Program-made: the position numbers and the translations under genes
Assembly: GCA_964106915.2 (NCBI GenBank)
Contig: OZ066915.1
Direction: 5' to 3' (one strand)
DNA length: 64,000 nucleotides
Origin: Podarcis gaigeae
Lineage: Eukaryota
Part shown: in pieces, positions 39,305 through 52,096 of the stretch
How positions within the stretch are numbered: position 1 is the first letter of the stretch
How the letters are laid out: the number at the start of each line of letters is the position of its first letter
The notes under the pieces: model-generated
What the model saw: the letters and a program-made list of their open reading frames with translations, nothing else
What the model was told of the DNA's origin: nothing
Databases searched by the model: none

Positions 39305-40425
39305 GCAGGGGTAAGAATCCTCAGGACTGAGGGGATAAATTGTAACCCCCCACCCATATTTGCTTTTGGCCCCACCCACCACTGGCATATGAAGGAAATG
39401 TAGCCACTGGGTTGGAAAATGTCCCCTGCCTCTTTTCAAGAATGAGAAACCTTGATCCATGAATTACTATTTTTTAAAAAACCCCAGAGTGGGCCATCTC
39501 TCCTGAGCCAAGCTTGCATAGGGCGAGAGGGCAGTTCAAATGTGGTTTGCCCCACTGAGCCAACCTCTCCTGCAGTGCTGCAAAAATTCAGGAGATGGCA
39601 ATTCAGCCAGAGCCCCCACTATTCGTAAAAAAAGTCATGCAGGGGAGTCTTATTGATTTCCCATTGAAATACTTAAGACGTTTCACCCTCCAGTGGAAAC
39701 CTTTGGTCTAGAAGGGAGGCGGCATCTTTTTTGAGCAATGCAGACTGACAGGCCCTTTCAGATGTGTGCTTTAGCCTGCCATAACTGCCAGCTCTGCCAG
39801 CAGCTTATCCTGCAGCTTTTACTGTCTGAATCTTTTTCTTTTCCCCCTCTGAAAAGTAGAAATTCCACAGAGGCCTTGAGTCAGCACAGGAGTGCCACAC
39901 ATTAACCTCTCTTTTCAATAGGCTTTTAGGAGAGGAGGCAGAGGGAAGTCTAGTCACACTGGCAAAGTGTCTGGGACAGACGCTGAGAACTCGCAGAGCT
40001 GTTTATGAGGGGAAATCAACCGATTTGGCAAGCCCTGCTTAATAAGATGAAAGAGTGAAAACACTGGCGGAGAGGATTATTCTCCGATCTGGTGTGGCAC
40101 AGTGGCCAAAGGCTGCAACCTCTGTTTGCACTTTTCTGGAATTGAGCTACTTTTCTCAAAAAAGGCACAGGATTATGCTGAGCTAGAGAGTCTCCAGTTC
40201 AAGTTTTACCTTAGCCATTAACTCACTGGGTGGACTTAGGGTACCACCCTTGGTTTACTTTCTCCCTGCCCCTCATAACTGAGGGGCAATACTTTATTGT
40301 GCATTACAAAGGGTGGTTATAAGAGTTACATGCATTTTAAGTCCTTTGAATGTGTTGACCACAAGTCACCTGAAGTTAATTATGACCAAGTCTCCACGGG
40401 AAGCAAGGTGACTTGATATAGTTCA

Positions 40426-40765
40426 TGTTGTTGTTTTGTCGTTTAGTCGTGTCTGACTCTTCGTGACCCCCTGGACCAGAGCACGCCAGGCACTCCTGTC
40501 CTCCACTGCCTCCCGCAGTTTGGTCAGACTCATGTTTGTAGCTTCAAGAACACTGTCCAACCATCTTGTCCTCTGCCGTCCCCTTCTCCTTGTGCCCTCC
40601 ATCTTTCCCAACATCAGGGTCTTTTCCAGGGAGTCTTCTCTTCTCATGAGGTGGCCAAAGTATTGGAGCCTCAGCTTCAGGATCTGTCCTTCCAGTGAGC
40701 ACTCAGGGCTGATTTCCTTCAGAATGGATAGGTTTGATCTTCTTGCAGTCCATGGGACTCTCAAG
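40426..40765 (-). mobile_element. Bov-B (RTE) LINE 3' fragment
   Basis: Open frame RVPWTARRSNLSILKEISPECSLEGQILKLRLQYFGHLMRREDSLEKTLMLGKMEGTRRRGRQRTRWLD...KSQTRLND is the Bov-B ORF C-terminus; short (CAA)n tail. Confidence 0.95.
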
Positions 40766-40887
40766 ATATTTCATATTTAAATCTAAATTAATGTTTTAAT
40801 TTTTTTAAAAAAAGTGAAAGGGAGGATAAGCCACAAGGGGACTTGGGCAGACTTGCTCTATTCATTTGTTTCAGTGAGACTTGTAGG

Positions 40888-41048
40888 ACATGCTGTACCT
40901 TTAAAGCACATTTTTCTCTCAAAGAATTATGGGCACTGTAGTTTACCCCTCACAGAATTACAATTCCCAGCAGCCCTTAACAAACTACAGAGCCCAGAAT
41001 TCTTTGAGGGGGAAATGTGCTTTGAATGTGCTTTAAAGGCATAGTGTA
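40888..41048. repeat. Palindromic MITE-like repeat (related copies ~31200-31290, ~49625-49805, ~59490-59765)
   Basis: Inverted arms cctttaaagcacatt...aatgtgctttaaagg and a core of cccttaacaaacta / caattccc shared with the other copies. Confidence 0.65.
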
Positions 41049-42424
41049 TCTGTACCCTGATTGGATTATAGATGTAAGTAGTAGAAGTAGTAAGAATAAT
41101 AATATTATTTAGTAAATTGAAATATAATACATTTATTTCTACTAGGCTTCCTCACCACTAGCTCTCCCTCTTCTGCCCACCCACAAGTCAGCCGCCACCT
41201 CATTTGTGCATAGCCTCAACATGAATGGGAACATGTGGAGACCAAATGCTAGAGTTTCCACTGCAGTAGTAATATTAAAAAGAGAGGGACAACCTCTCCT
41301 GAATTTCCTCCTTCACAGGACTTCACAGGCAGCCCAGGTAAGTGGAGGGGAAGAAGCTGAGGAAAAACCGGTAAGCATCTGATTTGAATTATTGCGACTG
41401 ATAGCAATCAGGCGAGAGAGAGAGCTCCAGCTGGAGGGCCTGTGCGTCATTCATTCATTCAGTTATTTATTTATTTAGATTGGCTTGATTTATGACACTC
41501 CAATTGCCTAGGTGGCGGCTGGAGCAATCGCTCACTTCTGCTTTCTGATTTACATCCTGCCGCTGGAATGAAGCTTGGAAAGGGCTCTGAGGCTAAAAGG
41601 GAGGCAATATTGTTCTCTGTGTGGTTAAAATGAAAAAGCCGAAGATCAAAGGTTGCAGCCCATGTGCTCGCCCAGAGGCTCTGATCCTGGAGTCTGGGCA
41701 GGGTCTCAAAAGGCAGAGCGAACTCCCACAAGACATCTGCATAGCTTCCGTTGAGCTCTAATAATTCCTGGTTTAGAATCTCGCCCCTTGAGGCTCCCAG
41801 TTGTGAGCTCTCAGATGTTGCAGGCTCCCATTTACAACCAGAATAATTACAGACGGACACTTTTCTTACATTTTAGTGTCTGCAGAAGACAGAGAGCATA
41901 GCATCACCTTTCTGTCTTTCCTCTGTGTGTGAGCATTACTCATTTCATGACATGCCTTGCAGTGTGACCTCTCCATTCTGTAGCTCTGTGTACCCTTTTA
42001 AATCTTCCAAAGAACCTGTGTTGCTCTTCAGCTGTGTCAACCCATGGCAAGACTATGGTATGAACCTGCATACGTATACAGGAATCTCCCAGGCTTTGAC
42101 ACTTGGCATGCTGCCATTACAAATATTATAGAAGGAAGAGGTACGAAGGTTTGCAAAGGCAACCTGTGCAGTGACAGGCCAAAAGTCCAAAGCTTACCTG
42201 GCAGGGGAGACACCTTGATCAAAAGTCCAAAGCTGGGTTGACTTCTGCACATGCCAAGAGTTTCAACAAGCACCACCATCTTGTATTTTTACACCTGAAA
42301 GTCAGTCTGGATTGGCCTGATTCCATAGCCTGATAGACTGAAGTGAAGGATTCCTAAGATGGTCTGGTGGTTGGCTCCCCCCACACACATAGACTGATCT
42401 ATGGCTTCCTTGATGCTAACTGCT

Positions 42425-42993
42425 TTGGACTACTGCAATGCACTCTACGTGGGGCTACCTTTGAAGGTGACCTGGAAACTACAACTAATCCAGAATGTGG
42501 CAGCTAGACTGGTGACTGGGAGTGGCTGCCAAGACCATATAACCCTGGTCTTGAAAGACCTACATTGGCTCCCAGTACGTTTCCAAGCACAATTCAAAGT
42601 GTTGGTGCTGACCTTTAAAGCCCTAAACAGCCTTTGTTCAGTATACCTGAAGGAGCATCTCCACCCCCATTGTTCAGCCCAGACACTGAGGTCCAGCTCC
42701 GAGGGCCTTCTGGTGGTTCCCTCACTGTGAGAAATGAGGTTACAGGGAACCAGGCAGAGGGCCTTCTCGGTAGTGGCGCCCACCCTGTGAGCAGCCCTCC
42801 CATCAGATGTCAAGAAAATAAATAACTATCTGACCTTTAGAAGACATCTGAAAGTAGCCCTGTTTAGGGAAGTTTTTAATGTTTGATGTTTTATCGCATT
42901 TTTAATATTCTGTTGGGAGCCACCCAGAGCGGCTGGGGAAACCCAGCCAGATGGGCGGGGTATAAATAATAAATTATTATTATTACTATTATT
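42425..42993 (+). mobile_element. L2 LINE 3' fragment
   Basis: LDYCNALYVGLPLKVTWKLQLIQNVAARLVTG... plus 3'UTR and (TTA)n tail. Confidence 0.95.
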
Positions 42994-43584
42994 TGGACTT
43001 AGGACCACCTGATCCTTGTTCAGAGATCCATCCTTCCTTCTAGTTTTTAAATGCTGTTATGCAAGCATGGCATGTGAAGCTGTTGCTATTTCTGCCCAGT
43101 GCTGCTCTTCCAACTGTTGTGGCCAAGAGGGCTGTTTATGGAAATTAAATGGCTGCCCAAGGGGACTAGTGGAAAAGTGGAGCAGAAGGTATAGTAGCTG
43201 CATGCATCATTTTGAAACATTTAACTCATTCTCTCAATCAGTTGCCTCATTCCTAGACTTAAAATAATAATAATAATGTATCAGTGCTGATTTGAATGGG
43301 AAATCATTTTATTCTGTTCAGATTTAAGATTGGCCATTGGCTAACAGCAAGGCTGAGTTTGAAAAACATGGTTGAATGGTCAAAACACAAAATATTGGGC
43401 TTTTTCCAAGGCAAATGTGGCCAGCTGGCACCTAAGTCGTCTTCCAGGGTATGTTTAATCATCACAACCATTCTTTAAAGTTGGTTCCTTCCCAAAGTAC
43501 TTTCATTCTGTTTGTGATTTGAAGGCTTTAATTCAAGCCTTTTATTCAGTCCTCCATTCAGTTTTCAGATATTCTTTTGTAGAC

Positions 43585-44001
43585 NNNNNNNNNNNNNNNN
43601 NNNNNNNNNNNNNNNNNNNNNNNNNNNNNNNNNNNNNNNNNNNNNNNNNNNNNNNNNNNNNNNNNNNNNNNNNNNNNNNNNNNNNNNNNNNNNNNNNNNN
43701 NNNNNNNNNNNNNNNNNNNNNNNNNNNNNNNNNNNNNNNNNNNNNNNNNNNNNNNNNNNNNNNNNNNNNNNNNNNNNNNNNNNNNNNNNNNNNNNNNNNN
43801 NNNNNNNNNNNNNNNNNNNNNNNNNNNNNNNNNNNNNNNNNNNNNNNNNNNNNNNNNNNNNNNNNNNNNNNNNNNNNNNNNNNNNNNNNNNNNNNNNNNN
43901 NNNNNNNNNNNNNNNNNNNNNNNNNNNNNNNNNNNNNNNNNNNNNNNNNNNNNNNNNNNNNNNNNNNNNNNNNNNNNNNNNNNNNNNNNNNNNNNNNNNN
44001 N
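43585..44001. other. Assembly gap (417 N)
   Basis: Run of N. Confidence 1.
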
Positions 44002-44233
44002 CTAAAGCCTGGGGGCCGGATCTGGCCCAATCACCTTCTCAATCCGGTCCGCAGGCTGTCTGGGAATCAGCATGTTTTTACATGAGTAGAATGTGTCCTT
44101 CTATTTAAGATGCATCTCTGAGTTATTTGTGGGGCATAGGAATTTGTTCATCCCCCCCAATATAGTCTGCCCCCCCCACAAGGTCTGAGGGACAGTGGAC
44201 CAGCCCCCTGCTGAAAAAGTCTGCTGTCCCCTG
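44002..44233. mobile_element. hAT-type MITE with left end lost in the gap
   Basis: gggccggatctggccc subterminal motif and right terminus aaaagtctgctgtcccctg. Confidence 0.65.
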
Positions 44234-46045
44234 ATCTATCTATCCGGAATATAAAACAATGTGGGATGCTGTAGTATTCAGCAGGACACAGTTTCATGTA
44301 CAGTATTTCAACTTTCCTTTTTTCAGGCCAAAACAGAAGTGATGTGTATCATCTCTGTGATCTCCCACTTTTTAAAAGAAAACAACAGTAACTTTTTTAA
44401 AAAAGTGGCCATTGACACAATTGCACCTGAGTGGAAGCTTGAGTGGTGACATTGATACAGTGTCTGTTGAGGTGTCCCAATATACTGTCCTGACTGATTT
44501 TATGGGATCAATTTCAGTTCTTGATAGGGCTTCTTCTTCTTTTCAGCTAGAGCTCACCAGAACTCAACTCTGACATCTCTTAGGTGGGCATCCTTGCCAT
44601 TCTAAGAGAACATGGGAGAAGTTCACGGTGAGCTCCGGCACCTCTTTTTCCAGAAAAATAGTGCTGGTTATTGATGATGACTGAAGACATGAAGTTATCT
44701 ACTGCATGCTCTCTCCCTTCATCTGGAGGGCTACAGCTTTGTTCCCCAAGAACAATACCAAATTTGCATGGTTCTGTAAGGTGCCATCCTGCATGCCTAT
44801 GTTCTGGCCATTTTCATTAGGCACCTGGAAATGATGGATTGCAACCAGCGCAAGGGTAAGTAAAATTCTGCCTTGAGTATATGATTCTGTCTTGCGCTAA
44901 TGATTCTGACTTGACATTATGACATGTAAGTGATTTAGGAGAGCTAGAAGATATATCTGAAAATGTGGGACCTTAAGGTAGCAAAACATGTAGATCAGCC
45001 AACAGATCTGAACGACTAGTTCTGTGGTGAGTAGGCTGGGCACTTTTCTTTCCAGATTGGCTCCATGGGCCCATGCAGACTACAGTCTAGGCTTATCAAA
45101 GCCAGGCATCTCATCAGTCCCAGGTGGTATGTGCAGGGAAGGTGGGGATTTTAACCCAAAAGAATCTAGAAGGCCACAGCTTCCCCACCTTGGGTCTAAG
45201 CCAATGGAGGTGTAGCTCCATAATAGGTGGAGTTGAAGACCTCCAGGAGAATGTGGAAAGAGCTGGGAATTCACTCATTAGTGACTGTGATGGGTCGCTG
45301 TGTCCATCTTTTCTTAACCCTAATTATTTCTGTAATTTTCTTCAAAGGAACCCAGCTAGGCCTTAGGCGTTGAGTAATGTAGAAAGTTATTACTGCTATT
45401 ATAATATATGGCAGAGCGGTAACTCTTTGCTTCTCTGGTGCTGGGAGTGTGTCACAATTAACCTTAACAACTGGGTTTGGCTGTTTTGTAGTGGAGCTGA
45501 TACGGTGTGGGAATGTCATCTCATTAAGAGCTGTGTTGGAGACAAGCGCCTTCCTGTTCTTCAGTGCATGAGAGGAAGACGTTTGCAGTTGCCCTCCTAC
45601 TTGCAATTAGAGAAAAACCCCTGCTGTTTGCTGGGATGCTTGTGGGTTTAAGGCAGACTATTAACATTCCTTAATCATTGCATTATTTTTAGCAGCTTTT
45701 AAAGCAAGGGCAGCGCGGAGAAGGGCTCCAAGTTGTAGGTGAAGCATTCCATGATGAATGACTGTGTACGTGAACGTTTAATTGAGACACTGCCAGAACG
45801 CAAATGATTGTCACCCTGGAAAGGTCAGACATGAGGCATGCGTTTTGTAGCCAAAAGATAAAATGTACCAGCCTTGGATCTGACCTGCACAACATCACAG
45901 TGAAGACGTAAGAAGAGTCCTGCTACATCAGACCAAAGGCTCATCTAGCATCGCATTCCCCATTTCCCAGATGCCTCTGGGAAGCCCATATTTCGAGCAG
46001 CTTGTGAAAGAAGCACAAAAATTTGCTCCCACAGGAGGCAGTGAA

Positions 46046-46518
46046 ATTTGCTCCCACAGGAGGCAGTGACGGCCACCGACTTTGATGATGATGAAGATGG
46101 TAAAAACAATTTTTATTATTATTTACATGCCGTCCATGTTTCCACTCTGGGAAGCTCCCAACAAATTATTTAAAACACAGTAAAACATCAAACATTAAAT
46201 ACTTCCCTATCAGATGTTTTCTAAAAGCCAAACAGATGTTTACTTCCTTGACATCTGATGGGAGGGCAAGGTTGCCTTAAAAGAGGATTGGATAAATTCA
46301 TGGAGGATAACGCTGCCAATGACTTCTAGCCACCATGGCTGTGCTCTGCCTCCATGAACAGAGGCAGCAATGCTTATGAATACCAGTTGCTGGAAGCCAC
46401 AGGAGAGCAGCAGAGCATTCATTTGCTCAGTTCCTGCTTGTGGATTCCCCACAGACATCTGGATGGTCACTGTGAGAACAGGATGTTAGACTGAATGCAT
46501 TGGCCTGATCCAGCAGAG
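46046..46518 (+). mobile_element. CR1 3' fragment interrupted by L2 (~46085-46268) and by an LTR; tail resumes at 47140-47153
   Basis: Removing the LTR and one TSD copy restores ggcctgatccagcagagctcttcttatgttc, the CR1 terminus also seen at 50880-50912. Confidence 0.8.
46085..46268 (-). mobile_element. L2 3' fragment (degenerate) nested in CR1
   Basis: ccactctggg...aaacatcaaacattaaa...cttgacatctgatgggagggc is the reverse complement of the L2 3' end. Confidence 0.75.
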
Positions 46519-47134
46519 TGTGATGGCCTGGGACTCGGGCTCAGACTCGGAACCAGAGGTGTCTCAGTCCGCACTGGGTCCTTTGCCTCAGGCGGCAGCT
46601 GAACCAAGTCTGGGGTCTGATTCTGAAGAGCCACAGTCTGCCCAGTTTCCCCTGCAACAAGCACCAGCTGGGCCAAGTCAGGGGCCTGAGCCAGCGCCCT
46701 GGCTCCAGATGTGTGGATTACCACATTGCCTTCAGCTGGGCAATCACTGACAGCTGCTCCACTACCTGCTGGGTTAGGAGAGGCTGAGGCGGCCTCTGGG
46801 ACTAGTAACCCACCGACATCTCCTGAGCTGCAGAGACTAAGGGCTGAGAGAAGGAGAGACCTGAATGCTCACAGGAGGAGTGCTCGCCTTTGAGACAGGG
46901 AGGTGAGTTACCGGGGGATCAGGACTGGCCGTTACCCCAACAAAGATAAAAGGCTGTCGGACCCCGCCCCAGGTTGCGGGAGCAATGTTGCTGTTTGCCA
47001 GAACCTGCCTGAGATCCAGTGCCTGACCTTGCCTGGTTTTCTGCCTTGGCCCTGCCGGACTGACTCCTCGCGGAACCCTTGAATTTGGGACTGGACCTGG
47101 ACCGCGTTACCCGGGTTACCCCTGGCCCAGCACA
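46519..47134 (+). mobile_element. Solo LTR (616 bp)
   Basis: TG...CA termini with imperfect inverted repeat tgtgatgg / ccagcaca; perfect 5-bp TSD cagag at 46514-46518 and 47135-47139. Strand is inferred from TATA-like gataaaagg at ~46946. Confidence 0.88.
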
Positions 47135-47897
47135 CAGAGCTCTTCTTATGTTCAATAGCCCTCACCTATAGTTCCCCCATCAAGTGGTATTCAGTTACAT
47201 ACTGCTTCTGAATAACCAGTTGAATAACCAGAATAGCCTTCATAACCAGTTGCCATAGCTAAGATGACCCTCCAAAGATATGCCACTTTCAAAGGCATCA
47301 CTAACAATTACATGTTGGGTGTCCTGAATCTGCTGCGATTCAGCTTCAGTCCATTCTTCCATCACGATAAACCATGGCTAATGGTTTACCAACCACACTC
47401 CTGCTTCCCTTCTTCCTACTTGTGAACAGGAGAAACAAGCACAGTATTGGCTTTGTATTACATTCGTTCTGGGAACCGTGCTTGGTTTCACTCCAAACTA
47501 ACCACAGTCCAAAGTCAAGGTTTGTTCTTCTCCTGCCAGTTGTGGTTCCCCATTTTGTACATGATGTTAAGCCAAGGATTGGTCCTGTTCACTCATGGGA
47601 GAGATCTGCCTGTTCACGGTAAAGCATTAATCATGGTTTACTGTGATGTGCAAACGCAGCCATGGGGTGACCTCAAGCAGGAATGGGGGAGTCCTTCAGA
47701 GCTCCTGTGTGAGGTGGTAAGAAGAGCCACAGTGGCTAAAAAAGCTGTTTTAAACTTATATTAACACACACACACATTTTAAAGCCTAAACCCCCCCCCA
47801 CTAAGTTGAAAACAGCCTTTCTAGCCATTGTGGCAAACTGCTGTGGTGGCTCAGGCAATCCCTTAGCCAGAAGACGATGCTCTGAAGGCCCCTCCTT

Positions 47898-48140
47898 CAG
47901 TGTGGTGTAGTGGTTAAGAGCGGTAGACTCGTAATCTGGGGAACTGGGTTCGCGTCTCCACTCCTCCACATGCAGCTGCTGGGTGACCTTGGGCTAGTCA
48001 CACTTCTTTGAAGTCTCCCAGCCCCACTCACCTCACAGAGTGTTTGTTGTGGGGGAGGAAGGGAAAGGAGAATGTCTGCCGCTTTGAGACTCCTTCGGGT
48101 AGTGATAAAGTGGGATATCAAATCCAAACTCTTTCTTCTT
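47898..48140 (+). mobile_element. Squam3-like tRNA-derived SINE
   Basis: A box tggtgtagtggtt, B box gggttcgcgtctcc; colinear with 12510-12772. Confidence 0.87.
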
Positions 48141-51100
48141 CCTTGACCCTTTCTTGAGCTGAGGCAAGACCAGAGAGGGGAGAGGGTGGGCAATTGAGCA
48201 GTGCCTTGCTTCCCTTGGTGGGCAATTGGCTGGCCAAGCTAATGAAGAGGCCTAGGGAGGGCTGCTGATCCTTGGCTCCCAGCTCATGAGACAATTGTCC
48301 CAGCCTGCCTCATTGGCACTGATCCGACCCATATCCACGTGACCTTAGCAGGGGTGCTGTATCATGTGCCTTCAGACCTTTTTCAGGAGCCCCGTGAGGT
48401 GATCTCTGCCCCATCTCACAGCGCTAAACTCAGGTGTTTGGTGGCGGCAAGGTTATGCCCTGCGATTATTCTCTATACTAATTTTATGCTAATTGCCTTA
48501 CTGCCTCTTAAATAGTTGCTTGCCGCTTTCATTATTTACAGGTCTCTGGTTTTAATATTATATATCAGAAACAAAGAAAGTGTCACCTCTTTCCTCCCCT
48601 TCACATTTCATAGCGCTGAGCCGTAACAAGTTAACTTTATTACCCTAGCCCACTCCATCTTTCAAATAAGCATTGCATTGGGGACGGGGGGATATTTAAA
48701 TCCCCCCTGGTGAAACAAGCTGGTCCTAACTTCGTATTCTAAAGTAGACCAAAAGCACACTACGCTGTTGCTAACAAATACGCTGACTTTCTCTGAGCAG
48801 CTGTGCATCCACAGAGACTTAGCGCATCTAATCGCACCTCCATCACAAAGGAGAATTTCTGTGCCCACTTAGGATGCTTCCAAAAAACGTTCTGCTCTGG
48901 AGCTGGCATTTACACATTGCCTCCCGAGGCTCTGGCTGCTTGCTTTGCATCACTCGGTGTGGTCTCGCTACTTTATATGGCTGGTTTAAATGCAGGCAGG
49001 TGGTAATCTTGATTGACCTGATTGCTGTGGGTTATTGTTGCCCTCTTAGCTCCACAGTTGTGTATTTTCCCCTAGCCTAATTCTACCCGTGAGCTGCTGT
49101 CAATTCTCACAGTCGGGTAAATCATAAGAATCAAGCACACTGTGCCATAAAAGCTTACGAGCCAGGGAGTATGTCAAATGTTTCCTCCATATTAAAGGAT
49201 CTTCTGCCTTTAAGCTTCTTTTATGTTGTTTGTGTGTGTGTGTGTGTGGCAGATTCGTGGCCATATGTGGTGGGTGGTATTAAAACAGATGCAGAGGATT
49301 TTGTCCCGCAAATGCTTTGTTTCGCTTTTGAATGATATGTTGGTGACATTCTTATTGTGAACTTTTAAATGGAATGAGGCAAATGCCTGCTTCTTCCATT
49401 AGAAATAACAGCTCTGCATGAAACAGCAGCCTGTACATGCATGCATTTGCTTCTTTGGGCGTCTCAGTGGGATCTTCATGAACTCTGCTGCTCGCAACAG
49501 ACATTCTCTCCCAAAGTGTCCTTTGCATTTTTGATGCTCCCAAGCTCTCGCCGACTGTGCATTTATTTCTTTGAAACGGTTCTATTTTGTGTGAGAGAGT
49601 GGACGGAGGCCGCATTCAAACCAGACATTTAAAGGACTATAATGCCACCTTAATCAGCTGTGGTGCCCCACAAATAATTCTGGGATCTGCTGTTTGTTAA
49701 GGGTGCTGAGAATTGTTAGGAGACCACTGTTCCCTTCCCAGAGCTGCAATTCCCACACTGGTTTAACAACCAATCTCTCTTCACAGGGAACTCTGGGAAT
49801 GCATAACTTTGCCTTCAATTGTCTTAAATCAGAGTCCTGCATAAGGTAGCTCATGAGCAAAATGCCTTGGAACCTTTCCTGCATTCTAAGCTCTCTAATT
49901 TTGCAATCCTGCTCTGAGCTGTCAAAAGGGGAAGACTTGAACAGCACGGAGACGATGTGAGCAGCGTACTGAAAACAGTGAGCTGTGTTCTGAAGGGTTG
50001 CCATCCATACCTGAGAATAAACCAAGGTGCATTTGGAACACTCCAGCATATAACAAGTCAGTGTCCAAGGAAATCAGCCTTTTGGCCTGCAGGAAAATGG
50101 CTGCTTTATATATTAATTTTTGTGGGGGTTAAAATAACATCCATGAAGGGTGACATTAGACTTTGACTCATCATAGATCAGGCAACCAACGCTTGGCCTG
50201 AAAATTAGTGGCTTGAGAATTTGTGTTGCCATTTTTTTATGCACAACAATGCAAATATTGGTTCTACTTCCCTGTTTACACACACACACACAAAACTGTT
50301 ACATAAAAATATATACTTCATGGAAAGAATAACATGTATAAAGTAGGCCTTCCATTGGAGAATATTACACACACCTTCTGTGTCAGGAGGGACTAGCGTG
50401 ATGGTGTGTCTGTCTGCTCCAGTACAAAGCTGTGGGGCATTTTTTATCAGCTATAGGACAGCTATAACATCATATTTGAATGTTTGCACTTCCTGAGCTA
50501 ATCTGCAAACTGCAGTTCACCTATCCTTCAAAATCTGCAATGCATTTCTCCAACCAAAAGATGTGTACAAAAATGCAAATATTAGGGGAGTGTGGCAAAA
50601 AATGCATGTATTAGTGAAAACGACATGCATTGCTTTATTGTGTTAGGAAACGTCTGCTGTAAGCAATATGTATGTTAGGACAAAATTATGTATAAAAATG
50701 TGTAGCTCTAGAGAAATGTGTGCTAAAATACTGGTTAATTTTCAGGGGACCTTTTTATAAAATAAAAATCTCAAACTGAGGGCTGCAGGACTGCTTGTGT
50801 GCACCAAATTTTGGCCTCGCACAGTATGCCATATTATCAAGGTCCATTCCAGATGGGATGCTGGACTAGATGGGCCATTGGCCTGATACAGCAAATTCTT
50901 CTTCTGTTCTTAATATAGCCAGGTCCAGGGTACAAGGTCCTTCAGGTCGATTGCTGTTCTTGGAGCATGGGAAGTGAGCTGGATCTGAGCTGGATTCCAT
51001 TTGCCAGATGAGGATAAAGTTCTGGGCTTCCATCTAGCCACCACAATCCAGAGCTGTCGGATACCTGCTGGTCACAGGCCTGGTGTTGCACATGCCTATT

Positions 51101-51683
51101 TCTCTTCCATGCTTCCAGGGGATGAAGTGACATAGTCCGCAGAGACACATTAGTCTAAGTTCCAACCTGCAACCATAAACCAGAAAGCTCCTGAATTCAT
51201 TTCATTCTCTGATTTTGTGTCAGTGAACTTTTCAGGGAGTAAAACAGGAGTTGGAAATGAGCTGGAGGACACTTGTCGTCATCCCTTCCTGTATACGTGA
51301 CAGGTTGTTTTAATGATTAACTGTGTACTTTGACAACTTGCATCTTGCTTATCTGATCATGGTTCTTGACCTGCGGTTTTGTAAGGACAAGTCTTCTGTT
51401 CAGCTTTGTGTCTCTTTCAGTTCTGTTATGGCTCGTGAACACATAAAACTTGCTTTCTAGCAAGATTATTAATTTGTGCTTCTTGCATCCCGGGATACGA
51501 AATCATGTTAACAGGATCAGAGCTTTCGTTGGCTGCAGTGGGTGCCATGTTCAGTTTTATATCAGAACGAGCTATCATTTGTGAATGATCTGAAGGCACA
51601 TGAATGTGGCTGAAACCTTTCAGAAGTCCTTCCTCTTCTTGATGACTAAAGATGACTTTAGTCCTTCCTCTTCTTGATGACTA

Positions 51684-52096
51684 CATTACTATAATGTATA
51701 GAGTGCATTAACCTATTTACCCCATGATAAATTACATATACATTATCCTTTAAATAAGACATTATACGTATATGTATAATTATGCATTAATATATTTACC
51801 CCATGAATATCCTATATATACTATCTTCTATATATTTTACATAATACATATTAATTATTCGTGCATATATATTATTACCATACGACTATTATTTAAGTAT
51901 TATTAACCTATATCTTTGACTTAAGAATATTTATGTATATCGTGCATTATTGTACAACCTCATGGATATCCATCAATCACTACCCTCCATAATCTTACAT
52001 TCAGACATTACCTGCAATCATTCTCTTCAACACGGAAGTGTATTTTATACATGGTTATCTCTTAATCTAGCTTCTCACGTGAGAATCATCAACCCC
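51684..52096 (+). pseudogene. NUMT: mitochondrial control region (D-loop) domain I to start of central domain
   Basis: Abrupt AT-rich, G-poor segment with ETAS-like units ATGTATA...TGCATTA...TATTTACCCCATGA (51694, 51772; degenerate at ~51850 and 51933) and F-box-like ctcacgtgagaatcatcaaccc (52074-52095). Confidence 0.88.

Noticed and set aside
43519-44085. ORFs spanning the N run
   Set aside because: Artefacts of the assembly gap.
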